Shown here piece by piece: positions 19,755 through 28,631 of a stretch of 64,000 nt of DNA (positions are counted from its first letter, which is position 1; each line of letters starts with the position of its first letter). The position numbers and the translations under genes were made by a program. The notes beneath the pieces were generated by a model, which was given only the letters and a program-made list of their open reading frames with translations, was not told the DNA's origin and made no database searches. This DNA is from an uncultured Gammaproteobacteria bacterium (GTDB lineage Bacteria > Pseudomonadota > Gammaproteobacteria > Steroidobacterales > BM003), in assembly GCA_963823435.1 (NCBI GenBank), contig CAWGLN010000001.1, positions 852,872 through 916,871 on the forward strand, in the 5' to 3' direction.

Positions 19755-20417
19755 TTGCATGGCTGTCCAGGGAGACCCCGTTTGAAATGTTTCAGTGATA
19801 ATTGTGGCCGGGGGCGTAACACGCGTGCGCTTGTCCTGGCAGGCCTTCTGATCAGCCCGCCAGCCTGGTCGGCACAAGCCGGTGAGTCATACCTGGGCCT
19901 GGGTTTTGGTGAGTCGGAGTTTTCCCAAATGACGGAACTGGCATCCGCTTGGCCGGATGCTTCCGGGGTGCAGGCTGAGGAGACTTCGGGGGCGTGGAAA
20001 TTCTACACGGGTCATCAGTTTTCTCACTGGTTGGCAGTGGAAACCGCCTGGGTGGATTTTGGTGACGCGCGGGTTACCGCTGAGCTGCAGGGAGACGACA
20101 CCGCTGCATTGAAGCTCGACACTGCCGGATTTGAATTCTCGGCCCTGGCGACCTTGTCGCTAACCGGGGACCTGCAGGTGTTTGCGCGTGCCGGTGTCCT
20201 GGTCTGGAAAAGCAGACAGCAGCTTGACCTGGCGGACGGTCTGGCGAGCGAGGATTTTGGTATTCCGGACAAGAAAGGCTATGCCCCGGTGCTGGGTCTG
20301 GGTGCCCAATGGGACCTGGGTTCGCGAACATCGCTGAGAGTAGATTTCGAGAAGTACATTGACCTGGCGGATGGAGATCCGCAGACCTGGTTGTTATCTG
20401 TCCTCAGGCGTTATTAA
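19755..20417 (+). CDS. Outer-membrane beta-barrel protein (OmpA-N/porin-like)
   Basis: It has a signal-like ALVLAGLLISPPAWSAQA, alternating hydrophobic beta-strand periodicity, and a terminal aromatic residue (..LSVLRRY). The exact start is uncertain. Confidence 0.55.
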   Translation: MHGCPGRPRLKCFSDNCGRGRNTRALVLAGLLISPPAWSAQAGESYLGLGFGESEFSQMTELASAWPDASGVQAEETSGAWKFYTGHQFSHWLAVETAWVDFGDARVTAELQGDDTAALKLDTAGFEFSALATLSLTGDLQVFARAGVLVWKSRQQLDLADGLASEDFGIPDKKGYAPVLGLGAQWDLGSRTSLRVDFEKYIDLADGDPQTWLLSVLRRY

Positions 20418-20619
20418 TCAAACCCGGGCCGGCTTTCCGCAGTTTCGAGAGCGCCGGGTCTGGCGTCTGCGATCTGTAAAGCAGACCCTGTTTGAGTGGA
20501 TTGGAGCAAGCAAGCGAGAAGGCGCTTCGAATGATGAACCGTGTAGAAAGAATGTCTGAGCTTGAGCGTCCGACGGGCCTGGCGCCCGACCAGACCGACA
20601 TGAGCCCGGAAGTGCCCAC

Positions 20620-21534
20620 ATGAATACCCATGCCGGTCACGATGAATCCGTACGCCTCCTGAATCTCGCTACCCGGGCTTCGGTGCTGACCGCCGGGTGC
20701 CTGGTGCTGTTAAAAACCGTTGCCTGGCTAATGACCGGATCAGTGAGTCTGCTGGCCAGCCTGATTGATTCCCTGATGGACGGATTGGCGTCGCTGCTTA
20801 ACCTGTTTGCGGTGCGTTATGCGCTGATGCCCGCGGACAAGGAGCACCCGTTCGGGCATGGCAAGGCGGAGTTCCTGGCCGGCCTGGGTCAGTCCTTGCT
20901 GATCGGTGGCAGCGCCGCGTTTTTGTTCTACCAGGCAATCAAGCGCATGCAGGCGCCCCAGCCGGTTGATCAGCCGCTTGTGGGCGCCGTTGTAAGCATC
21001 GTGGCTATCCTGGCGACACTGCTGCTGCTGTCGATACAGTGGAAGACCATCAAGCGCACCGGATCGGTCGCGATCAAGGCTGATTCACTGCATTACGTTG
21101 GCGACCTGTTCACCAATGTTGCCGTCCTGGTGGCGATGGGTGCTTCGTTCTATGGCTGGTACTACGTGGATCCGGTGCTGGCCATTGTGATCGGACTGGT
21201 GATTTTATACAGCGCCATTCAAATCGGGCATGAGGCGGTGCAATTACTGATGGACCGGCAATTGCCGCGGGAAATGCAGAAGGAAATTCGTGGGATTGCC
21301 ATGACGCACCCCGAGGTCCTGGGCGTACACGAGTTGCGTACCCGGCAGTCCGGGCGGGTATTGTTTATTCAACTGCACCTGGAAATGGCGGGGGATTTGC
21401 CGCTATCCGTGGCCCACGACATAGGCGACGAGGTGGAGGCTGAAATCGAGCACGCTTTTCCGCTGGCAGATGTGTTGATACACCATGATCCGGTTCGGCC
21501 CGATTCGCCGCGGATTAGCCAGAAACGCGAGTAA
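20620..21534 (+). CDS. fieF: Cation diffusion facilitator, FieF-like (Fe/Zn efflux)
   Basis: SLLASLIDSLMDGLASL.N, PADKEHPFGHGKAE and a C-terminal domain ending HHDP. Confidence 0.85.
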   Translation: MNTHAGHDESVRLLNLATRASVLTAGCLVLLKTVAWLMTGSVSLLASLIDSLMDGLASLLNLFAVRYALMPADKEHPFGHGKAEFLAGLGQSLLIGGSAAFLFYQAIKRMQAPQPVDQPLVGAVVSIVAILATLLLLSIQWKTIKRTGSVAIKADSLHYVGDLFTNVAVLVAMGASFYGWYYVDPVLAIVIGLVILYSAIQIGHEAVQLLMDRQLPREMQKEIRGIAMTHPEVLGVHELRTRQSGRVLFIQLHLEMAGDLPLSVAHDIGDEVEAEIEHAFPLADVLIHHDPVRPDSPRISQKRE

Positions 21535-21541
21535 TGGCGGT

Positions 21542-21570
21542 AAAAAAAGGGGCGCCAGGGCGCCCCTTTT
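21542..21570. terminator. Bidirectional rho-independent terminator between the convergent fieF and M2 peptidase genes
   Basis: AAAAAAAGGGGCGCC-AG-GGCGCCCCTTTT is a GC stem flanked by an A-run and a T-run. Confidence 0.6.
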
Positions 21571-21588
21571 CAAGCTCTGATTATCGGC

Positions 21589-23415
21589 TTACCAGCCGCA
21601 GGTCTTGCCCCGGTTTTCCTCCTCCAGCCAGCCCATCAAGGGCTGGAAGTACTCAATGATGGCGGTGGCATCCATTTCCCGGGTGCCGGTCAACGCTTCC
21701 AATGCCTCGGGCCAGGGTTTGCTTTGACCCAGGGACAGCATGGCAGACAGTTTATCGCCTGCTTCCTTGCTGCCATAAATTGAACACTGGTGCAGAGGCC
21801 CCGTGAAGCCGGCGGCATCACACATGGCCTTGTGGAACTGGAACTGCAAAATGCGGGCAAGGAAATACCGCGTATAGGGCGTATTGGCCGGAATGTGGTA
21901 CTTGGCGCCCGGATCAAAATCTGCCTCGCTGCGCGCGACGGGCGGCCTGATGCCCTGGAATTCAGTCCGCAGGTCCCACCAGCTTTGATTGTATTCGCCA
22001 GGCTGAATCTTGCCGGCGAAGACGTCCCAGCGCCACTGGTCTATCAACTTGCCGAAAGGCAGGAAAGCTATCTTGTCCAGCGCTTCTTTCATCTGGTAGT
22101 TGATCAGGGCCTGTTCGTCTTCCCGATAGTCGCCCAGCAGCCCCACTTTCTGGTAGTAGCCGGGTGTCATGGACAGGGTCAGTGCATCGCCGATGGCTTC
22201 ATGGAAACCGTCATTCGCGCCGCGTCTGAAGATCGGTGGCAGTTCGCTGTAATACAGGTAGTAGTAGACGTGACCCAGCTCATGATAGATGGTGACCAGG
22301 TCCTCCTCGGTCGGGTCCGTGCACATCTTGATACGTACGTCATTGACCGCTGGATCCATGTCCCAGGCGCTGGGATGACACACTACCTCGCGATCCATGG
22401 GCTTGACGATCATGGACTTGTGCCAAAAACTTTCCGGCAGGCTCTTGAGGCCCATTGAAGTGTAGAAAGACTCGGCAGATTTGAACATGCGTACGGCATC
22501 GTAATTCTGTTTTTGCAGGCTGGCGGAAATATCAACCTGCTGGCCTCCGTCCGTGGGGTAGGGCTCAACCAGGGGGTAGATATTGCCCCATTCCTGGGCC
22601 CACATATTGCCCAGCAGGTGAGCCGGAATAGGTTGGTCGGCTGGAACCTTGTCGAGGCCATATACCTCACCGAGCTTGTCCCTGACAAAGCATTGCAGTT
22701 GCTCATACAGAGGCTTTACCTGTCCCCACAGGCGGTTGGCCTCGACTTCGAATTCGTCCGGGCTCATGTCGTAGCGGGCTTTCCACAATTCACCCGTGTC
22801 CTGGTAACCCAATTCCTGCGCGCCGGCGTTCATCAACTCGGCGAAGCGCTGGTAGTCGGCCCGCATTGGTGGAGAGATCGTCCGCCAACCGGTCCATGCG
22901 TCCAGCAGTTCATCATAGTCACGGCTCTGCGCCATGATTTGCATCAACTCTTCCAGTTGCTTGCATTCGCCCTCGGCGTTGCAGTATTTGCCTTGCCCGT
23001 ACATGGAGCCGAGCTTGCTGGCAATCGCCGCGAGTTCCGCGACTTTTTCAGTGGCCCTGGGCGCAGGCATGGACTGGTCTGAGCGCAGTATATGCAGCCC
23101 CCTGGCGACGTCTCCCTGCAAGGGCAGGCCCTGGAATCGCTTGGCCTCTTCGAGCATCTGGTTGGTGAAATTTAGCGCTCGCTCCGAGGCCTTGGCCGAG
23201 AGGTATTCGGTGTCCGAGGTGATATAGGTTTGCAGTACCCACTCGGCGCGACCCTGGTCGAGGTCAACCTTGTATTGCTCGTCATTGTAGCGTTGGAAAA
23301 ACTCTTCCGCTTCGGCCTGGGTGGCAGTGGCCCTGGCCCCTGTTTCTTGTGAGGACTGGCCGCAGCCGCCAAGCGCGAAGGCTGCCAGCAACAGGGAGAT
23401 GTAACGGTGATTCAT
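21589..23415 (-). CDS. M2 family metallopeptidase (angiotensin-converting-enzyme-like peptidyl-dipeptidase A), lipoprotein
   Basis: IYHELGHVYYYLYYSELPPIFRRGANDGFHEAIGDALTLS closely resembles the human ACE active-site block (HEMGH...RRGANPGFHEAIGD). HELGH is encoded at 22270-22284. The lipobox LLLAAFALGGC follows ATG 23415, which has a GAGAGGGA RBS. Confidence 0.9.
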   Translation of the reverse strand: MNHRYISLLLAAFALGGCGQSSQETGARATATQAEAEEFFQRYNDEQYKVDLDQGRAEWVLQTYITSDTEYLSAKASERALNFTNQMLEEAKRFQGLPLQGDVARGLHILRSDQSMPAPRATEKVAELAAIASKLGSMYGQGKYCNAEGECKQLEELMQIMAQSRDYDELLDAWTGWRTISPPMRADYQRFAELMNAGAQELGYQDTGELWKARYDMSPDEFEVEANRLWGQVKPLYEQLQCFVRDKLGEVYGLDKVPADQPIPAHLLGNMWAQEWGNIYPLVEPYPTDGGQQVDISASLQKQNYDAVRMFKSAESFYTSMGLKSLPESFWHKSMIVKPMDREVVCHPSAWDMDPAVNDVRIKMCTDPTEEDLVTIYHELGHVYYYLYYSELPPIFRRGANDGFHEAIGDALTLSMTPGYYQKVGLLGDYREDEQALINYQMKEALDKIAFLPFGKLIDQWRWDVFAGKIQPGEYNQSWWDLRTEFQGIRPPVARSEADFDPGAKYHIPANTPYTRYFLARILQFQFHKAMCDAAGFTGPLHQCSIYGSKEAGDKLSAMLSLGQSKPWPEALEALTGTREMDATAIIEYFQPLMGWLEEENRGKTCGW

Positions 23416-23496
23416 AATTCCCTCTCGGTAGTGTAAGCGTGCCGAATTCATCGGGCAGTGTGCAGCAAGGCTGCCGGTATGCCAAATACACAGGAT

Positions 23497-23526
23497 AAAA
23501 AAAGCCGGGGATATACCCCGGCTTTT
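23497..23526 (-). terminator. Rho-independent terminator downstream of the POT transporter gene
   Basis: GCCGGGG-atata-CCCCGGC is a stem. On the minus strand it is followed by seven T. Confidence 0.6.
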
Positions 23527-23544
23527 CCGGCCTGTTGCAAGATT

Positions 23545-25020
23545 CTAGGTCAGGTGATCCTTTGGGGCCGCCTCATGCGTGCCGGTCACTGCAATTCCTT
23601 GCTCGGTCGCTTGCTTGGCAGAACCTCCTCTTGGACCCTCGGCGCCGTGCATCCAGTACACCAGCTTGTCCGCCATGAAGAACAATATGGCTCCAGCGGT
23701 GACCGCGGTGATTGCGATGCCGCCGAAGATCGAAAGGGCGTTATTTACCATGTCGGTTTGATTGCCATGACCGATGAAGGAACCGACAAAGCCGGCCAGG
23801 TAGTTTGCCAGGGCGGTAAAGCCGAACCACGCGCCCATCATCAGCGACGCCAGACGCAGCGGAGCCAGTTTGGTGACCATGGAGAGACCGATGGGTGACA
23901 GGCAGAGCTCACCCATGGTGTGGAAAAAGTAGGCCGCCACCAGCCAGAACATGCCGGTCTTGACGTTGACGTCGCCGCCCTGAGACAGAGTGGCGCCAAT
24001 CATGAACAGGAAGCCCACCGCCAGCAACACCAGGCCCAGGGAAAATTTCACCGGTGAGGTAGGTTCCCTGTCGCCCATCTTTACCCAGAGAGCGGCAAAT
24101 AGTGGTGCGAACACGAAAATGAAGAAGGGGTTCAGAGACTGGAACCAGGTAGTGGGGACTTCAAAGCCGCCAACCACACGGTCAGTAAACTCGTTGGCGT
24201 ACAGGTTCATCAGTCCACCGGCCTGCTCGAATCCGGCCCAGAAAATTATGGTGAACACGCCCATGATCATGATGACCTTGATGCGGTCAAATTCCTGTTC
24301 GGTCAGAGCGGCTGTCTTGCTGACATCTGATTGGCGGGCCAGGGAAACCTTGGCGGCCGGCACAATGCCGATATCACCCAGGTATTTCTGGGCAAAGCCA
24401 AGTTGAACAATCAATGACAAGACCATGCCTACGCCGGCGGCCAGGAATCCCGCTTGCCAGTTTCCGCCAAAGGCGTTAACCACCGAACCAACGATGATGC
24501 CGGAGAGGAAGGCGCCCAGGTTGATACCCATATAGAAGATGGTGAACGCACCATCACGCCGGTGGTCGCCCTCGTGATACAGGTCGCCCACCATGGTGGA
24601 GATATTGGGCTTGAACAGTCCGTTACCCGCGATCAGCAGACCCAGACCCAGGTAGAAGGCCTGGGTTTCCATGCCCGGAATCCAGGCATGCGGCGTACCC
24701 AGCATGAACTGACCGGCCGCCATAAGGGCGCCGCCAAAAATGATGGCCTTGCGTTGCCCGAATACGTTGTCGGCCAGCCAGCCGCCCAGCAGGGGTGTTA
24801 TGTAGACCAGGCCGGTGAACCAGCCATACAGTTTCAGCGCACTGGCATTGTCCCATCCGAGGCCGTGGCCACCCTCGGCCTGCATCCTGTCCACCAGGTA
24901 GAGAACCAGGATGGCACGCATGGCGTAGTAGCTGAACCGCTCCCACATTTCGGTGGTGAAGAGCAGGAACAGCCCTTTGGGATGGCCGAGAAAGTCTCCC
25001 GTTACGGGTGCCTTGGACAT
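23545..25020 (-). CDS. Proton-dependent oligopeptide transporter (POT/PTR2, DtpT-like)
   Basis: HPKGLFLLFTTEMWERFSYYAMRAILVLYL and FGGWLADN-type motifs, in a 491-aa polytopic protein. Confidence 0.9.
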   Translation of the reverse strand: MSKAPVTGDFLGHPKGLFLLFTTEMWERFSYYAMRAILVLYLVDRMQAEGGHGLGWDNASALKLYGWFTGLVYITPLLGGWLADNVFGQRKAIIFGGALMAAGQFMLGTPHAWIPGMETQAFYLGLGLLIAGNGLFKPNISTMVGDLYHEGDHRRDGAFTIFYMGINLGAFLSGIIVGSVVNAFGGNWQAGFLAAGVGMVLSLIVQLGFAQKYLGDIGIVPAAKVSLARQSDVSKTAALTEQEFDRIKVIMIMGVFTIIFWAGFEQAGGLMNLYANEFTDRVVGGFEVPTTWFQSLNPFFIFVFAPLFAALWVKMGDREPTSPVKFSLGLVLLAVGFLFMIGATLSQGGDVNVKTGMFWLVAAYFFHTMGELCLSPIGLSMVTKLAPLRLASLMMGAWFGFTALANYLAGFVGSFIGHGNQTDMVNNALSIFGGIAITAVTAGAILFFMADKLVYWMHGAEGPRGGSAKQATEQGIAVTGTHEAAPKDHLT

Positions 25021-25156
25021 GGATTGACTCCTTCAATTCGTATTATCTTGCGCCCGGGTTGCCAACTATGTGGCGGTGCACAAGGTCGTTATAAACAAAG
25101 CCGGCATTATATGCGTCAATACCCGCCTCTTGTCGAATACCCAAACCCTATGTGGT

Positions 25157-25966
25157 TCAGGCCTTATCGGCCTCCGCGGCTTCCTGGGCGGCCTGTTTGC
25201 GTTGCGCCTCGACCTCCTTGTAACCCGGCACCATGATCCGCGCCATAACGATACCGACCTCGTACAAGCAATAGACCGGCAAGGCCAGCAGGGTTTGGGA
25301 AATTATATCCGGTGGCGTCAGCAACATGCCGACAACGAAACAACCCAGGAAAATATAGGCGCGTTTTTCGGTCAGATCCGAGGGCGTGACGATACCGGAG
25401 CGTACCAGCAATACCGTGGCCACTGGTACCTCAAAAGCGATGCCAAAGGCGAAAAACAAGGTCAGGACAAAGTCGAGGTACGACGTAATATCCGTCATTA
25501 CCGTCACGCCTACCGGCGCCACGGAAGTGAAAAAGCTGAACATCAAGGGGAAAACTATGTAGTAGGCGAATGCCACGCCCGCATAAAACAGCAAGATGCT
25601 GGAGGCCAGCATCGGCACTACAAAGCGCTTTTCCTGTTGATACAAGCCAGGGGCTACAAATGCCCAGACCTGATACAGGATTACCGGGATGGCGAGGAAA
25701 ATCGCTATCAGGAAAGTCAGCTTAAAGGGTGTAAGGAAAGGCGAAGCCACCTGCGTGGCGATCATGGTTGCTCCCTCGGGCAGTTTCTCCATCAGGGGTA
25801 GAGCGACCAGGCTGAAGAGATTTTCCGCGAAGGGCGCCAGGCACACAAACAGCACCAGCACCGCGACCACAATCTTCATAAGCCGGCCGCGCAGCTCCAG
25901 CAAGTGAGAGATCAGCGTGCCCTCGGTTTGGGGCTCAGCGTTGTTCGGATCAGGGGGAGGGTTCAT
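25157..25966 (-). CDS. tatC: Twin-arginine translocase subunit TatC
   Basis: [14 protein letters not shown].., six TM segments, and a position directly after tatA and tatB. Confidence 0.9.
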   Translation of the reverse strand: MNPPPDPNNAEPQTEGTLISHLLELRGRLMKIVVAVLVLFVCLAPFAENLFSLVALPLMEKLPEGATMIATQVASPFLTPFKLTFLIAIFLAIPVILYQVWAFVAPGLYQQEKRFVVPMLASSILLFYAGVAFAYYIVFPLMFSFFTSVAPVGVTVMTDITSYLDFVLTLFFAFGIAFEVPVATVLLVRSGIVTPSDLTEKRAYIFLGCFVVGMLLTPPDIISQTLLALPVYCLYEVGIVMARIMVPGYKEVEAQRKQAAQEAAEADKA

Positions 25967-26279
25967 CGGGCCTGGTCTTGTCGGCTGCCACAGGGTCTTC
26001 AGCTGTCGGATTGCCGGTTGTCGGTCGGGGTTTCGCCTTTGCCTCCGGTTTGGCTGTCGGGTCGGACTTCATGGCGTCCTTGAAAGCCTCCGCCTGTTTC
26101 TTCAGCTCCGCCAGTTCCATCTCCGATTCGAGCTGGGTGCGCAGACTGCGCGCCATGGCTTTTGCCTGGCCGGTCCATCGACCCAGGCGCCGGGCTACCT
26201 TGGGTAAACGCTCAGGTCCCAGGACCAGCAGCCCGAGTGTCCCGATCAGCAGAATTTCCCAGAATCCGACGTCAAACAT
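25950..26279 (-). CDS. tatB: Twin-arginine translocase subunit TatB
   Basis: It begins [35 protein letters not shown]. Confidence 0.85.
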   Translation of the reverse strand: MFDVGFWEILLIGTLGLLVLGPERLPKVARRLGRWTGQAKAMARSLRTQLESEMELAELKKQAEAFKDAMKSDPTAKPEAKAKPRPTTGNPTAEDPVAADKTRPDEPSP

Positions 26280-26288
26280 GGCGGGCGA

Positions 26289-26534
26289 TCAGGAGTTCTT
26301 CTCGCTGGCCTTCTCGGTTTGGGAAGATTCGGAGGACTCAAAATCAGCGTCTTCTTTCTGGTCGCTGACTTTCTTGGGTTCCTCTTTCTCGACATCGCTC
26401 ATGGAGCTTCGGAAACCCTTGACGGCACCGCCCAGGTCCGAGCCCAGCCCCTTGAGTTTCTTGGTGCCGAAAACCAAAACCACGATGAGCAGAACGATCA
26501 AGAGCTGCCACATACTAATGCCACCTAGTCCCAT
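26289..26534 (-). CDS. tatA: Twin-arginine translocase subunit TatA
   Basis: [39 protein letters not shown] precedes ATG 26534. Confidence 0.85.
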   Translation of the reverse strand: MGLGGISMWQLLIVLLIVVLVFGTKKLKGLGSDLGGAVKGFRSSMSDVEKEEPKKVSDQKEDADFESSESSQTEKASEKNS

Positions 26535-26603
26535 GTTTACTCCGGTCCCGGATAATTTGAAGAGCATCAATGATACTGCAAAAAGCCGGGTAGCAAGAAA
26601 ACC

Positions 26604-27068
26604 TTATGGAGAACGCCCCTGTTGGCCGGCCTGGGTCTGCAGCCAGAACGTCACCGGGCCATCGTTAACCAGGTGTACCTTCATGTCAGCCCCGAATACG
26701 CCGGTAGCCACTGGCGAGTGAGCCTGCCGTGCCTGCAGGACAAGAAACAGGAACAGGGCTTGTGCATCCCCGGGTGCCGCCGCAGGAGTAAAACTCGCCC
26801 GATTCCCCTTGCGGGTATCCGCCGCCAGTGTGAATTGTGGTACCAGCAGCAAGCCGCCACCGGTATCAGCCAGGCTCAGATTCATGCGTTGCAGGGCGTC
26901 GGGGAATACGCGATAAGCCAGGATTTTCTCCAGCAGACGCCGCGCGCTGTCCTCGGTATCGCCGCGCTGTACACCAATCAGGGCCAGGATACCCCCGTCG
27001 ATTTCACCCACAGGCTCTTCATCGACCACGACCCTGGCATGGCTGACACGCTGAATTAGTCCGATCAT
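26604..27068 (-). CDS. dtd: D-aminoacyl-tRNA deacylase
   Basis: MIGLIQRVSHARVVVD...ILALIGVQRGD...VSQFTL-type core (PQFTLAAD) ...GPVTFWL. Confidence 0.9.
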   Translation of the reverse strand: MIGLIQRVSHARVVVDEEPVGEIDGGILALIGVQRGDTEDSARRLLEKILAYRVFPDALQRMNLSLADTGGGLLLVPQFTLAADTRKGNRASFTPAAAPGDAQALFLFLVLQARQAHSPVATGVFGADMKVHLVNDGPVTFWLQTQAGQQGRSP

Positions 27069-27249
27069 GGGCCAGGTCTCCTGATAACCAGGCTAGCATT
27101 GTACTGTCTTTGCGGTAAAACACCTCCAGAATGGCGAGACGTCTTCTGTGGAGAGGCCACATTCTGGTTAGAAAAAACCACTATTTACCAAAAATCGCGA
27201 AGCGGAGGACAGATCAATTAATTTTCTACCGACATTTTTGATTAAAAAT

Positions 27250-27305
27250 GGAATTAATACTAAAAATTCGTTTAAATGGGAATTGATAACTGTTTATTAG
27301 GAATT
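27250..27305. promoter_or_regulatory. Three spaced GGAATT(N1-3)ATA repeats inside an AT-rich island (candidate regulator-binding array)
   Basis: GGAATT occurs at 27250-27255, 27279-27284 and 27300-27305, each followed by ATA within 1-3 nt. The surrounding 150 bp is far more AT-rich than the rest of the window. Confidence 0.3.
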
Positions 27306-27448
27306 CCGATATCTTTAGTGGGATTTGCTGATTATTTCCTTTCGAATGTCAGACGACTGGCGCTAAAGGCAGGCTTTGTAGCATTATCTTTGGGCGGTAC
27401 TCGATAACTGATAAGAGCACGTGGTTGTTTGTAAACAAGGGGGAAGTC

Positions 27449-28552
27449 ATGAAACGCAGAGATTTGATCAAGGGCATTGGTGGTGGTCTCGCGGTGGCGG
27501 GACTGTCTGCATGCTCCGGGGCTGACCCCTCGGGAGCGGCTAAAACGCCAGCGAAAACAGAAACCTATAAGTGGACTATGGTCACCACCTGGCCAAAGAA
27601 TTTTCCCGGCGTGGGCATCGGGGCTGAAAGAATCGCGCGGTTGATTACCCAAAATTCGGGCGGCAGAATTAATGTCCAGGTCTACGCGGCCGGCGAGCTG
27701 GTTCCGGCCATGGAAGTAATGACCGCGGTATCCGAGGGCAGCGCCCAACTCGGTCACGGAGCAGCCTACTACTGGAAAGGCAAGGCTCCGGCCGCGCAGT
27801 TTTTTGCCGCCGTGCCTTTTGGCATGAATGCCCAGGAAATGAATGCCTGGCTTTATTACGGTGGTGGCATCGAGTTGTGGCGAGAAGTGTATGCGCCTTT
27901 TGGCGTCCTGCCACATCCCGGCGGCAATACAGGCACCCAGATGGGCGGCTGGTTTAACAAGGAGATCAACAGCCTTGAGGATCTGAAGGGACTGAAAATG
28001 CGTATCCCGGGTCTGGGCGGCGAAATTCTCAAACGCGCAGGTGGAATTCCGGTGCTGCTACCGGGTGGGGAGATCTTTACGGCCCTGCAGACCGGCACCA
28101 TAGATGCGACTGAGTGGATTGGTCCCTACAATGACCTGGCATTTGGCCTGCACCAGGCCGCCAAGTTTTACTATTACCCCGGCTGGCATGAGCCGGGCAC
28201 CGTGCTGGAGTGCATGGTAAACAAAGCCGCCTTCGAGGCGCTGCCTGCTGACTTGCAGGGCATTGTGGACTCGGTGATTTCCCAGGTAAACAGCGAAATG
28301 CTGGCCGAATACACGGCCCGAAACGCCGAGGCGCTGGTCACCCTGGAAACAGAGCATGGCATTGTTCCCAAGGTATTCCCGAATGAGGTGATGAAACGCT
28401 TGAAGGACTTGAGCGTGGAGGTGATTGCCGAGACCATTGCCGCCGATCCGTTATCAGCCAAAGTGTACGAGAGTTTCAGTACTTTCCAGAAACATGTTTC
28501 GGCCTACCACGATGTGTCGGAAAGGGCTTTCTACAAGACCCGCGATCTGTAG
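27449..28552 (+). CDS. TRAP transporter substrate-binding protein (DctP family), Tat/lipoprotein-type signal
   Basis: MKRRDLIKGIGGGLAVAGLSAC is followed by a DctP-type fold (..TTWPKNFPG.., ..GGWFNKEINSLEDLKGLKMRIPG..). A GGGGGAAG RBS is present. Confidence 0.85.
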   Translation: MKRRDLIKGIGGGLAVAGLSACSGADPSGAAKTPAKTETYKWTMVTTWPKNFPGVGIGAERIARLITQNSGGRINVQVYAAGELVPAMEVMTAVSEGSAQLGHGAAYYWKGKAPAAQFFAAVPFGMNAQEMNAWLYYGGGIELWREVYAPFGVLPHPGGNTGTQMGGWFNKEINSLEDLKGLKMRIPGLGGEILKRAGGIPVLLPGGEIFTALQTGTIDATEWIGPYNDLAFGLHQAAKFYYYPGWHEPGTVLECMVNKAAFEALPADLQGIVDSVISQVNSEMLAEYTARNAEALVTLETEHGIVPKVFPNEVMKRLKDLSVEVIAETIAADPLSAKVYESFSTFQKHVSAYHDVSERAFYKTRDL

Positions 28553-28575
28553 AAGCAAACTTGAAGAAGAACCTG

Positions 28576-28598
28576 GCCCGGGCTGGTCCCGGGCTTTT
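28576..28598 (+). terminator. Rho-independent terminator after the TRAP binding-protein gene
   Basis: GCCCGGG-ctggt-CCCGGGC is followed by TTTTCTTT. Confidence 0.55.
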
Positions 28599-28631
28599 CT
28601 TTGCCGCAGACGAGCCCCGGTTTTGAGCGCC

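Noticed and set aside
27413-27430. A sigma54-type promoter (GCACG-N4-TTGT) in front of the TRAP binding-protein gene.
   Set aside because: The -24 GG and -12 GC dinucleotides do not match. The site lies only about 20 nt from the start codon and crowds the RBS.
27332-27916. A 194-aa minus-strand ORF that starts inside the TRAP binding-protein gene and ends in the AT-rich island.
   Set aside because: It is antisense to a well-supported gene, its composition is implausible, and it has no RBS.
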